In this document: in pieces, positions 31,063 to 40,328 of the stretch
Layout: each line of letters starts with the position of its first letter
How positions within the stretch are numbered: position 1 is the stretch's first letter
NCBI GenBank assembly: GCA_963677595.1
Contig: OY782041.1
Location: forward strand, 4,064,001 to 4,128,000
From: Spirochaetia bacterium
GTDB lineage: Bacteria; Spirochaetota; Spirochaetia; CAKZLE01
DNA: 64,000 nt
Direction of reading: 5' to 3'
The notes under the pieces: model-generated
The model's input: only the letters and a program-made list of their open reading frames with translations
Database searches by the model: none
Told to the model about the DNA's origin: nothing
Program-made: the position numbers and the translations under genes

Positions 31063-32106
31063 CTACATCCTCAACGCGATGAGTAATCCTATCAGCACGC
31101 AGATCATGCTGAAGATCCAGAACCGGTGCACCACCTTCACCTCCTTCCACCCCATCTTCTCGAAATGGTGGTGGATAGGTGCCATCAGGAAGACCCGCTT
31201 CTGGCGGATCTTATAGGAAGAGACCTGGATGATCACCGAGAGTGCCTCCATGATGAAGACCGCCCCGATGAAGAGCATCAGGATCTCGTTCTGTGTGATG
31301 ATGGCGATCATCGAGAAGACCCCGCCTATGGCCATGGAGCCCGTATCGCCCATAAAGACCTGCGCTGGACCGGCATTATACCAGAGGAACCCGAGCAGGC
31401 CGCCGATCATCGAGGAGAGGAATACGATCAGCTCGATCCGGTCATCGCCCATGAACTCCCCTACCGAGGTGTGCAGCGAACCGGTGACCGAGATGAACCC
31501 GAAGACGATCATCGCCGCGAACGAGATGATCCCGAGTCCTGTCGCCAGGCCGTCCAGCCCGTCGGCGAGGTTGCAGGCATTCACCATCAGGACGATGTAG
31601 AGGATGGCGAACAGGTAGTACCAGCTGCCGAACGGTATGTAGAGGGTATCGGACCAGGGTATGTAGACCGCGGTCTTCAGCAGGGAGAAGATATCGAGCT
31701 CGAAGAGGAGGAGATAGGCAAGGATCACCTGGAGCGCGATCTTGTACTTCGCCTTGAGTCCCTCGCTGTTCGCACGATAGAGCTTCAGGAGGTCATCCCA
31801 GAGGCCGATGACGCCGAAGCCCGCGAGTGCGGTCAGGGAGATCACCACGATCCTGAAGGACCGCACCCACAGCAGGGTCGAGACCAGGATCGCGAGGATG
31901 AAGAAGATGCCCCCGACTGTCGGGGTACCGCCCTTCTTCAAGTGGGTCTCCGGCCCGTCCTCCCTGATCGTCTGCCCGATGGCATGCTTACGCTGGATCC
32001 CGATGAAGATCTTCCCCGTGACCAGTGAAATGACAAAGGCTGTAAGCCCTGCGACTACAGCCCTGAATAGGATAATCTCTGCACCAACTCCCAGATTCAC
32101 CACCAA
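31063..32106 (-). CDS. mraY: Phospho-N-acetylmuramoyl-pentapeptide transferase
   Basis: H.KK.GTPT.GG, DD, NACNLADGLDGL, FMGDTGS, SVIIQV, MAPIHHHFE. Confidence 0.96.
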   Translation of the reverse strand: MVVNLGVGAEIILFRAVVAGLTAFVISLVTGKIFIGIQRKHAIGQTIREDGPETHLKKGGTPTVGGIFFILAILVSTLLWVRSFRIVVISLTALAGFGVIGLWDDLLKLYRANSEGLKAKYKIALQVILAYLLLFELDIFSLLKTAVYIPWSDTLYIPFGSWYYLFAILYIVLMVNACNLADGLDGLATGLGIISFAAMIVFGFISVTGSLHTSVGEFMGDDRIELIVFLSSMIGGLLGFLWYNAGPAQVFMGDTGSMAIGGVFSMIAIITQNEILMLFIGAVFIMEALSVIIQVSSYKIRQKRVFLMAPIHHHFEKMGWKEVKVVHRFWIFSMICVLIGLLIALRM

Positions 32107-32111
32107 ACTCC

Positions 32112-33509
32112 TTATGATACAAGGGACAACGGGGAGAGCAGCCTCTCCATGGCCATCGCCCTTGACCCTTTCAGCAGGACCAGGTCCCCTGATTCAACAT
32201 AGCCTGTCACATGCTGTTCCAGTTCCTCATACTCATCGGTATAGAACAGCTTCTTCGAATAGTTCTCATCCTTCAGCAGCCGGTAGGCACTCTCCATCTC
32301 CTTCCCGAAGAGGAACGCGCCGTCGGGAGACAGCTTCGCCACGCGCCGCCCGATCACGCGGTGGGCCTGTGCCGTGGCGAATCCCAACTCCTTCATGGAG
32401 CCGAGTACCACACTCTTCCTCCCGTTCCAGGGAAGCTCGCTCACGTAGTCGATGATCGTGCCGGCAGCCTCCACATTGGAGTTGTAGCTGTCCTCGATCA
32501 CCGTCACCTTCCCGTCGATGACCCTGCTCCGGCCTTCCATGGGTTCGAGCCCTTCCAGGCCTGAACGGATCTGTGAGGCCGTTGCCCCGAGTCCCGAGGC
32601 AAGGGAGACTGCCGCAAGGGCATTCTTCAGGTTATGCAGCCCGATGAGCCGCAGGTGGATATCCTCCCCGTCATAGCGGAGCTTCCAGCCGCCGAGCCCG
32701 AGGGATTCCGCCCCCGTGAAACCCGGGGTGCTCTTCATCCCGAAGGGGGTGAGGTCTACCTGCCTCGACTTCCGGATATAGTTCCTCCAGACGTTATCCT
32801 CCCCGATATAGCCCTGCCGCACCGTCTCATGGAAGATCGTGCTCTTCTCGCGGACGATCGCCTCCTGGGAGCCGAACATCCCGATATGGGCAGTCCCGAT
32901 GTTGGTCATCAGGCTGATATCGGGGGTATAGACATCGAGCATCCTGCCGATCTCGCCGTGCTGGTTCGTACCCATCTCGAAGACGCCGAACTCATGCTCC
33001 CCCGTTATATTGAACACGGAGAGCGGCAGCCCGATATCGGAGTTGTAGTTCCCGGGGTTCTTCACGGTAGTCCCCAGGCCTGAGAGGATCGCGCTGATCA
33101 TCTCCTTGGTGGTGGTCTTGCCGGAACTCCCGGTCACCGCGACCTTCACCAGTCCCGGGAACCGGCTGACCCAGTTCTCGGCAAGGTCGCGCAGTGACTT
33201 GAAGGTGTCAGGGACGCTGATCACGGAGACTGCGCAGGCATCAAGCTGCAGCTGCTCATAGAGGTGGCGGTTACTGCTGCTTACCAGCAGTGCGACAGCC
33301 CCCGCAGCGACTGCGGCCTTGAGATAGCGGTGCCCGTCCGTACGCTCGCCGGGCAGTGCGATGAAGAGGGAGCCTTTTTGGACGTACCGGGAATCCACGC
33401 AGACGTGCTGAACCCATGGGTTCTCCCGACGCGTCGAGACCAGGGACCCGTTAAGGATCGCTGCGACCTCGGAGACCCGGAACAAGTTCTTCTCAGTACC
33501 ATTCCCCAT
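32112..33509 (-). CDS. murF: UDP-MurNAc-tripeptide:D-Ala-D-Ala ligase
   Basis: DSR, GERTDGH, TGSSGKTTTKE, NYNS.IGLP, EMG, DSYNSN, MKELG, KGSR. Confidence 0.95.
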   Translation of the reverse strand: MGNGTEKNLFRVSEVAAILNGSLVSTRRENPWVQHVCVDSRYVQKGSLFIALPGERTDGHRYLKAAVAAGAVALLVSSSNRHLYEQLQLDACAVSVISVPDTFKSLRDLAENWVSRFPGLVKVAVTGSSGKTTTKEMISAILSGLGTTVKNPGNYNSDIGLPLSVFNITGEHEFGVFEMGTNQHGEIGRMLDVYTPDISLMTNIGTAHIGMFGSQEAIVREKSTIFHETVRQGYIGEDNVWRNYIRKSRQVDLTPFGMKSTPGFTGAESLGLGGWKLRYDGEDIHLRLIGLHNLKNALAAVSLASGLGATASQIRSGLEGLEPMEGRSRVIDGKVTVIEDSYNSNVEAAGTIIDYVSELPWNGRKSVVLGSMKELGFATAQAHRVIGRRVAKLSPDGAFLFGKEMESAYRLLKDENYSKKLFYTDEYEELEQHVTGYVESGDLVLLKGSRAMAMERLLSPLSLVS

Positions 33510-33513
33510 GATG

Positions 33514-33804
33514 CTACCTCTCTTCCAGGATGACTATCTCATCCTCCGTTGCTCTTTCTATCCCGTCCTCACCGATGCTCTTCATCAGTGCTTCCGGACT
33601 CTTCAGGACCGCGATCTCTCCCACGAGCACACGGTTCTTCTCTTCCAGCTCCTGGATCTGCTGTTCCAGGGAGCCGATCTCGAAACTCACCTCGCGGTTA
33701 TAAGCCGCCTGCATGACCGGCAAGAGGATCGAGACGGTCATCACGCAGATGAATACCAGGAAGGAGCCGACCGCCATCAGGTCCCGTCTCCTCACCCTAC
33801 TCAT
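33514..33804 (-). CDS. ftsL: FtsL-like cell division protein
   Basis: TM + coiled coil + L.SPE motif, directly after rsmH; start re-set to the ATG overlapping the rsmH stop. Confidence 0.7.
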   Translation of the reverse strand: MSRVRRRDLMAVGSFLVFICVMTVSILLPVMQAAYNREVSFEIGSLEQQIQELEEKNRVLVGEIAVLKSPEALMKSIGEDGIERATEDEIVILEER

Positions 33805-34738
33805 CGCCGAGCCGCTGGGCGAACCTGAACTTCGCACTCCTCGAAGGGGCGTTGCTCTCGACCTCTTCACGGGTCGGCTTCACTGGCTTCTTCGTCAGGA
33901 CCTGCAACAGGGCCTTGCCTGAGCAGGTGCACTGCGGCTGGTCAGGCGGACAGGAACACTCCTTCGCCAGGTTCCGGAAGGTATGCTTGACGATCCGGTC
34001 CTCGAGCGAATGGAAGGTGATGATCCCGATCCTTCCTCCCGGGGCAAGCAGGCGTACCGCCTTCTCGATCGACCGCTCTATCCGGTCGAGTTCCCCGTTC
34101 ACCTCTATCCTCAATGCCTGGAACGTCCTGGTGGCAGGATGGATCCTGCCGTACCGGTAGTTCTTCGGCACTGCGTACTTGATGATCTCAGCAAGCTCCT
34201 GGGAGTTCTTGATCCACTCCTCTTTTCGCCTCCTGCAGATCGCGGATGCTATCCTTCTCGAGTACCGTTCCTCCCCGTACTGGTAGATGACGTCGGCAAG
34301 CCGCTCCTCGGGATAGGAGTTCACGACATCCGCCGCTGAAAGGGCCCCGTCCCTGTCGAGCCGCATGTCGAGCGGTTCGTCCTTCCTGAAGCTGAATCCC
34401 CGCTGGGACTCCTCGTAATGGAAGATCGAGATGCCGTAGTCGAAGAGGATGGCCGTCGGCTTCGGGAGGGACTCCTCATACGATTCCATGAAGGAATCAA
34501 ACCAGGTATTGACCAGGGTCACCCGGTCGCCGAAGACCGAGAGCCGCCTCCCTGCTTTCTTGAGGATCTCCTCATCCCGGTCGAGCCCGATCAGCCTCAT
34601 ATGGGGGAAGTGGCGGAGGAACATCTCGCTGTGGCCCCCCTCCCCGCAGGTGCAGTCTATGAGCATCCCATGCTCTGCAGCAGGTCCAAGGTAGGCCAGG
34701 GCTTCCTGTCTCATTACCGGTACATGTCTGATTTCCAT
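33797..34738 (-). CDS. rsmH: 16S rRNA m4C1402 methyltransferase
   Basis: HVPV, DCT.GEGGHS, GFSF....PLDMR, HPATRTFQALRIEVN, FHSLEDR, SRSAK. Confidence 0.97.
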   Translation of the reverse strand: MEIRHVPVMRQEALAYLGPAAEHGMLIDCTCGEGGHSEMFLRHFPHMRLIGLDRDEEILKKAGRRLSVFGDRVTLVNTWFDSFMESYEESLPKPTAILFDYGISIFHYEESQRGFSFRKDEPLDMRLDRDGALSAADVVNSYPEERLADVIYQYGEERYSRRIASAICRRRKEEWIKNSQELAEIIKYAVPKNYRYGRIHPATRTFQALRIEVNGELDRIERSIEKAVRLLAPGGRIGIITFHSLEDRIVKHTFRNLAKECSCPPDQPQCTCSGKALLQVLTKKPVKPTREEVESNAPSRSAKFRFAQRLGDE

Positions 34739-34750
34739 AGCGTCCGTCCT

Positions 34751-35221
34751 CTAGCCCCTGGAATGTTCCAGATCGAAGAGCATCTTGCCCATCTCTCTCG
34801 TGTACTCAGGCACCTCAGGTTCCGCTGCTTCCAGATACCTGTTGTACTCATCCTCATTCCAGATCTCAATGATCTTGTTGATCCCCAGCAGCAGGGCTTC
34901 CTGCTTGTTCGGCAGGAACACCGGTTCCCGCAGTGACGGCGGTATGTTGATTCTTCCCGCCTTATCTATCTCTACCTCGGCAGATCGTGCTATAATGTTC
35001 CTCTGGATCCACCTGGCCTTCCTGTCGAACATGGTCCATGCCCCACCGGTGAGGTTGGTGGCAAGTTCCTCGAAATCCTCGGCAAGCATCAGCCAGAGGC
35101 AGGTATCCTCAGGTGAACGACATACATGGAGGTTATTATGAGCCAGTGAACTACGAAGACGTGACGGGATCAGGAGTCGACCCTTGTCATCAATCGTATT
35201 TCGATATTCACCAGTTAACAC
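34751..35221 (-). CDS. mraZ: Division/cell wall cluster regulator MraZ
   Basis: GEY..TIDDKGRL.IP and DKAGRI.IP repeats, IEIW. Confidence 0.95.
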   Translation of the reverse strand: MLTGEYRNTIDDKGRLLIPSRLRSSLAHNNLHVCRSPEDTCLWLMLAEDFEELATNLTGGAWTMFDRKARWIQRNIIARSAEVEIDKAGRINIPPSLREPVFLPNKQEALLLGINKIIEIWNEDEYNRYLEAAEPEVPEYTREMGKMLFDLEHSRG

Positions 35222-35267
35222 TCTCTACCACCTGTCATCCAAAAACTGGTCAGATCTGGGAATCTCT

Positions 35268-35315
35268 CCCACATCTTCCCACTTCTTATGATAGCGTATC
35301 CACTTTCTAAGTCAA
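35268..35315 (-). promoter_or_regulatory. mraZ promoter with MraZ-type GTGGG boxes
   Basis: Minus strand: TTGACT-16 nt-TATCAT, then two GTGGG boxes at 10-bp spacing (35278-35282, 35268-35272); GTGGA in the spacer. Confidence 0.7.
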
Positions 35316-35435
35316 TAAAGGTGAAAACGGTTTTTTCCCTCCGGGGAAAGTTTTCACCTGTATACTACTTAACAAAGGTTAACACTGAGGTGTGGTGCTG
35401 TAGGGGATCCTGATGTACCCGAGGGTCTGGACGTG

Positions 35436-35462
35436 AAAAGAGGAGGTATCAGAACCTCCTCT
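35436..35462 (-). terminator. Terminator after GH57 branching enzyme
   Basis: AGAGGAGGT/ACCTCCTCT stem with short T-tract on the minus strand. Confidence 0.65.
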
Positions 35463-35473
35463 CTCATAATGAT

Positions 35474-37066
35474 TTATTCGTTCTTCTCACCGAATATGCG
35501 GTAGTCTATATCGGGGAAGATGTTGGTCTTCTTCTCCGTCCTGGTGAGCCATTCGGTGTTTACCGAGTTGCGGCACATGTTCTCATAGACCAGGTTGAAG
35601 TTGTGTATATGCTCTTTCATACGCCGTTCGGCATAGGAGACGCTCGTCCCGTTGCTGATGATGAAGGGCCAGTCCGACGCCATGGACAGGAGGACTTCCC
35701 GTGCCGCATGCTGGAGGAACCGCTCCTTCAGCGATGTCTGGTCGGGGAACCGCTGGGCAAGCTCTATCATCCGGTTGATGGAACGGTGGACGTGACGGTA
35801 GATCCAGTCATTGGAACCATCGACCCAGACCGAGGCGTAGCCCCGGTTTCCCCAGCTGGAGATCGCGGGCCGCACGACCTGGTTCTTCGGGTAGCGGGAG
35901 AGGTAGCGGTCGGGCTGCATCATCTCGAGCTGGTCATCGTCTGCCAGCCCCCTCAGGACGAGTTCAAGCCATTCGATCCCCTCGAACCACCAATGGCCGA
36001 AGAGTTCGGCATCGAAGGGGATCGTGAAGTAGGGCTCACGGTCGATGAGGTTCCCCACCCCCTCACTCTTCTTGCGCAGGGAGTAGATGAAGTTATCTGC
36101 ATGTTCCCGGACCCGGACCAAGGCCTCATTCCGGTCATAGACCTCTTTCTGCTCAGAATCCTTGTCGGTGACCGCCCAGTACTTGTAGCCGGTGAACGAC
36201 CGGACATCGGGTTCATGGATATAGGGTCGGACGTAGTTAAGATCGAGGTCATACCCGATGTCCCGGTAGAAGTCCCGGTATACCCCGTCCACGGGATACC
36301 CGCTGTCCTCAGACCAGACCAGCTGCGAGATGCCGAAGTCCCGTGCGAAGAGGTGTACGCCGTTCTCGCAGGAGACGGGTGCGTAGATGCCCCGTTCTGC
36401 CTTCATGTCCGATAACGTGATGCTGTGGGTCGCCCCATAGAAGTATTCGATATTGTTATGGGCCAGGTGCTTCTCGAGCCCCGGGTAGTACCCGCACTCA
36501 GGCAGCCAGAAGCCCTTGGGCTTCCTCCGGAAATGGGCCACATGGGACATCATGGCCAGTTCTATCTGGGCCTTGACGGCAACGGGCATCTCCTTGTAGA
36601 GCGGCAGGAAGGCATGCGTCGCCGAGGTGGTGATCAGGCTGAGGTGCCCGCTGTCCTCGAGTGACCTGAACCCCTGGAGGATGTTGCCGCGGTAGACCCC
36701 GGTGAAGTCCTCGAGATTCTGCTGGTAGAGATTGCGGTACATCTGGGCAAGGGCCTGGATACGGGGCTGGGACTGTGTCCGTTCGAGCTCCCGATCCCCG
36801 AGTTCGATCATGAGTTTGAGGTGCTCTACATACCGGTCCTGCAGCATCTGGTCCGCAAGCATGGCACAGAGGGTCGGGGAGAGCGAGATGGATACCTGGT
36901 ATGGGACCCCTTCCCTCCTCAGCCGGTTGAAGACCCGCAGCAGGGGGAGATAGGTCTCTGATACCGCCTCGAACAGCCAGTCTTCCTCGAGGAATCTCGG
37001 GTATTCAGGGTGTCTCACGAATGGGAGATGGGCATGCAGTGTCAATCCTACGAAACCTGTACTCAT
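35474..37066 (-). CDS. GH57 1,4-alpha-glucan branching enzyme (DUF1957)
   Basis: LHAHLPFV, E.WLFEA..ETYLPL, WLPECGY, FDAELFGHWWFEG, SDWPF. Confidence 0.92.
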   Translation of the reverse strand: MSTGFVGLTLHAHLPFVRHPEYPRFLEEDWLFEAVSETYLPLLRVFNRLRREGVPYQVSISLSPTLCAMLADQMLQDRYVEHLKLMIELGDRELERTQSQPRIQALAQMYRNLYQQNLEDFTGVYRGNILQGFRSLEDSGHLSLITTSATHAFLPLYKEMPVAVKAQIELAMMSHVAHFRRKPKGFWLPECGYYPGLEKHLAHNNIEYFYGATHSITLSDMKAERGIYAPVSCENGVHLFARDFGISQLVWSEDSGYPVDGVYRDFYRDIGYDLDLNYVRPYIHEPDVRSFTGYKYWAVTDKDSEQKEVYDRNEALVRVREHADNFIYSLRKKSEGVGNLIDREPYFTIPFDAELFGHWWFEGIEWLELVLRGLADDDQLEMMQPDRYLSRYPKNQVVRPAISSWGNRGYASVWVDGSNDWIYRHVHRSINRMIELAQRFPDQTSLKERFLQHAAREVLLSMASDWPFIISNGTSVSYAERRMKEHIHNFNLVYENMCRNSVNTEWLTRTEKKTNIFPDIDYRIFGEKNE

Positions 37067-37094
37067 ATAACCTATCCTTGTCTCACCTGTCAGC

Positions 37095-37844
37095 TTATCG
37101 TCGGCGCGCCTGTTGGAGCATCTTCTCGATCAGGGCATTGTCAGCCAGCCTGCCGTCATGGTCAGTCAGTCCTGCAAGCACCAGCTCAAGTCCGTCATGG
37201 TCCCCGGTCAACTCCTCGAGATGGTTCAGCCAGTACCCCCCGGGACTCTCGATCCTGTTCGATACGGCGAGCACCTTGGCCTGCGTCTCCCCCGGGCAGG
37301 AGCAGATGAGCTGCACCTCATACCAGCTGCCGGGATTCGGCAGGTTCACGTACCACCGCTGGTCGGTATCGGAGACCGGGATCTCGAACCTGCTCACAGC
37401 CTCTTCCAGCGGTACGGTACCGTCGGGAAGCTCGCTCACCCGCAGGTGCAGGGAGAGCTCGCTGTGATGCTCCTTGAGCTTCGCGAGTTCGAGGCTGTTG
37501 ATGTCCCAGTAGGCAAAGGCCCAGAAGGGATCGCGCAGCAGCAGGGTGATCCTGGTGTCGGCATACTGCTCCGGTATCTCGAAGGTCTGTTCGTCATCAG
37601 GGATGAACTGGTTCTTGTGTACGATATTGTACTTCTTGCTCTTGAGCCGCATGATATCGTTGCTGCTGCTGAGGTTCGCGGTCTTCTCTTCCTGGATCTC
37701 TTCGAGTACCTCGATCAGGTCCTCGACGGAAAAGCTCTCGATATGTCGTACCCCTTCCCTCCTGGCAAGACACTGAAGCGTCTCCAGCGAGAGTGATCGA
37801 TACCAATCTTTTGACATAGAATCGTGCTCCAATATGTTAGACAT
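37095..37844 (-). CDS. DUF4912-like protein (Rho-N-like helix + Ig/CBM-like domain)
   Basis: PEQY..T.I.LLLRDPFWAFAYWD, WYVNLP, LAVSN; start re-set to ATG 37844. Confidence 0.75.
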   Translation of the reverse strand: MSNILEHDSMSKDWYRSLSLETLQCLARREGVRHIESFSVEDLIEVLEEIQEEKTANLSSSNDIMRLKSKKYNIVHKNQFIPDDEQTFEIPEQYADTRITLLLRDPFWAFAYWDINSLELAKLKEHHSELSLHLRVSELPDGTVPLEEAVSRFEIPVSDTDQRWYVNLPNPGSWYEVQLICSCPGETQAKVLAVSNRIESPGGYWLNHLEELTGDHDGLELVLAGLTDHDGRLADNALIEKMLQQARRR

Positions 37845-38003
37845 ATCGCCTTTTTTGATAGAATTCAAGTACACCACCTGATTACAGAACATCGTAGAAA
37901 AAAGGAGGCGTTTAGTCAACCGATTGACTCCCCCAATCCTGAGAGTGGCTGCTTTTGGTCCGTGCCGCTGGACTCTGGTGTAGTAACATACTATAATTCC
38001 ACC

Positions 38004-40328
38004 ATGAAAACAGAGATAATAATCCATGGTCATTTCTATCAGCCGCCGCGCGAGATGCCGGACACGGGACTCATCCCCAAGCAACCATCAGCCGAGCCGC
38101 ATACTGACTGGAATGAACGTATACATAGAGAGTGCTACGCAGCCAATGCCTTCTCCCGCTACCTGACCTATGACGGCCGGGTAGAGTCGATCGTGAACAA
38201 CTACGAGTACCTCTCCTTCAATTTCGGGCCCACCCTCCTCCACTGGATCAGGGACTATGATCCCCAAACCTATGAGCGGATCATCACAGCCGACCGGATC
38301 AGTGCCGAGCGGAACAACGGCCACGGGAACGGGATTGCGCAGGGGTTCAACCACACGATCCTCCCCCTCGACACGGTCGAGGATGCGAGGATCCAGATCC
38401 GCTGGGGGATCGATGACTTCACCCACCACTTCAAACGAAGGCCGGAGGGTATCTGGCTCCCAGAGGCTGCCATCAACGGCGACGTCGTCGACATCCTCAT
38501 CGCAGAAGGGATCTCCTTCGTCATCCTCTCGCCCTGGCAGGCTGCCGCGGTCGAAACGAAGCCTGGGATCTGGGAGGAACTCACCGACACATCTGCTCCC
38601 TATGATACCCCTTACATCATCGAGGGGACTTCCGGGAGCATCGCGGCCTTCTTCTACAACCCTGACCTCGCCTCGGGGATCAGTTTCAACCACTATCTCC
38701 GGGATGCCGACCTGCTGTACAACCGGCTGCTCGACATCCAGGAGCAGGACAGCCCGGCCCTCCTCCATTCAGCGACCGACGGGGAGATCCTCGGCCACCA
38801 TGAACCCTTCGGGGACATGTGCTTCGCTGCCCTGGTCCATAAGGTCAGGGAACAGGACCATTTTGAACTGACCAATTACGGCTCCTACCTCGAGCGCCAC
38901 CCGCCGGTACTCCGTGCCAGGCTCAGGCCGGGGGAAGAAGATAAAGGCTCTTCCTGGAGCTGCTTCCACGGGGTATCCCGCTGGTACAAGGACTGCGGCT
39001 GCTCGACCGGCGGCCAGGAGGGATGGGACCAACAGTGGCGGACCCCGCTGAGACGGGCATACACCCTCCTGAGCGAGAAGCTCCTTGCTATCTTCCATGA
39101 CCAGGCTACCAGGCTCACGGGAGCCTACACCCCTGGGCAGCTGCTCAGTGAATACGGTGCAGTCATGTCAGGTAAAGAGAGTCCCGAGGCTTTCGCGAGG
39201 AGGATCCTCGGTTCACGATCCTCTGCCGAAGAGCGCACCGAACTGCTCTACCTGCTCGAAGGCCAGAAGTTCAGGATGTATATGTTCACGTCCTGCGGCT
39301 GGTTCTTCGCCGAGCTCTCAGGGATAGAACCCACGCAGAACATGCGGTATGCAGTACAGGCTGCGCGGCTTTACCAGCATTATACTGAGACTGACCTTAC
39401 CGGGATCCTCTATCACCACCTCAAGGAGGCGAAGAGCAACATCGAGGAGATCGGGGACGGCAGCGATATCCTGGTATCGATCCATCCCACCCTCTCCCGG
39501 GGTCTCGAGGCGGTAGCCTTCTTCACCCTCAACAAGATGCTGGCGAACAAGGACTGCCCCGCCGAACGGTACGGGATGTTCCGCCTGGTCTCGATCAACC
39601 AGGTCGAGAGCCAGGTCTACCTGACGATCCTCGACGAGCCGCTCTGCCGTCAGCACTCCTACCATGTCTCCTGGATCGTGGACAATGAGGAGGGGATCAT
39701 CCTCCATATCCACGACCGTCAGGAAGAGGTCTCACACCCGGGGTACCCGATCAAGGCAGCGGAACTCCCCGAGCGCCTGATCGACACCATCTATCACTGG
39801 ATCAACGACTCCCTCTCCCGGGTGGCGGACAACGACATCCATTCGATCACCGACGATATAAACCACTACTCCTCACTGGTCCACAGCGGGGCGGGCGAGC
39901 CGGATGACGCCTTCTACATCACCAACATGGGAACCTGCCTGAGGTCCCTGCACTCCCTCTTCCGGATGGATGCACCCTTCACGAACCAGGATTCCTGTAT
40001 GCTCGTGCGTAACCTGATGACCTTCATCATCAGGAAGGCTGACGAGAAGATCATCCGCTCGACTGAGCTGAGCCTCAATGCCTATCTTGCTGAACATGCA
40101 GAGTACCTGAAGTACAACCTGGACAGGGAGCACTGCACCCTGATCATCAAGCTGCTGCAGTGCTCACGGGAGATCGGCTTTAAACCCGATATAACCTTCC
40201 TGCAGAACTATGTCTTCGACCATGTCCAGTGGGTACGGGAATCAAAGGCGGAAGCCTCTGAGCTGCTGATCGCTCTGGCGCTCGAGACGAACATCGTAGT
40301 CGACGACCTCATCCTCGCTATCCCATAA
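38004..40328 (+). CDS. GH57-family glycoside hydrolase with DUF3536
   Basis: HGHFYQPPRE, SFNFGPTL, NHTILPL, WLPEAA, ATDGE..GHH, SWSC.HGV.RW, MFTSCGWFF. Confidence 0.9.
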   Translation: MKTEIIIHGHFYQPPREMPDTGLIPKQPSAEPHTDWNERIHRECYAANAFSRYLTYDGRVESIVNNYEYLSFNFGPTLLHWIRDYDPQTYERIITADRISAERNNGHGNGIAQGFNHTILPLDTVEDARIQIRWGIDDFTHHFKRRPEGIWLPEAAINGDVVDILIAEGISFVILSPWQAAAVETKPGIWEELTDTSAPYDTPYIIEGTSGSIAAFFYNPDLASGISFNHYLRDADLLYNRLLDIQEQDSPALLHSATDGEILGHHEPFGDMCFAALVHKVREQDHFELTNYGSYLERHPPVLRARLRPGEEDKGSSWSCFHGVSRWYKDCGCSTGGQEGWDQQWRTPLRRAYTLLSEKLLAIFHDQATRLTGAYTPGQLLSEYGAVMSGKESPEAFARRILGSRSSAEERTELLYLLEGQKFRMYMFTSCGWFFAELSGIEPTQNMRYAVQAARLYQHYTETDLTGILYHHLKEAKSNIEEIGDGSDILVSIHPTLSRGLEAVAFFTLNKMLANKDCPAERYGMFRLVSINQVESQVYLTILDEPLCRQHSYHVSWIVDNEEGIILHIHDRQEEVSHPGYPIKAAELPERLIDTIYHWINDSLSRVADNDIHSITDDINHYSSLVHSGAGEPDDAFYITNMGTCLRSLHSLFRMDAPFTNQDSCMLVRNLMTFIIRKADEKIIRSTELSLNAYLAEHAEYLKYNLDREHCTLIIKLLQCSREIGFKPDITFLQNYVFDHVQWVRESKAEASELLIALALETNIVVDDLILAIP

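Noticed and set aside
32112-33804. ftsI and murE missing from the dcw cluster
   Set aside because: The reduced order rsmH-ftsL-murF-mraY-ftsW-ftsQ-ftsA-ftsZ is normal for spirochaetes such as Borrelia, and a class B PBP is nearby
37824-38084. Apparent head-to-head overlap of the DUF4912 and DUF3536 ORFs
   Set aside because: Artefact of longest-ORF starts; the likely starts are 37844 (minus) and 38004 (plus)
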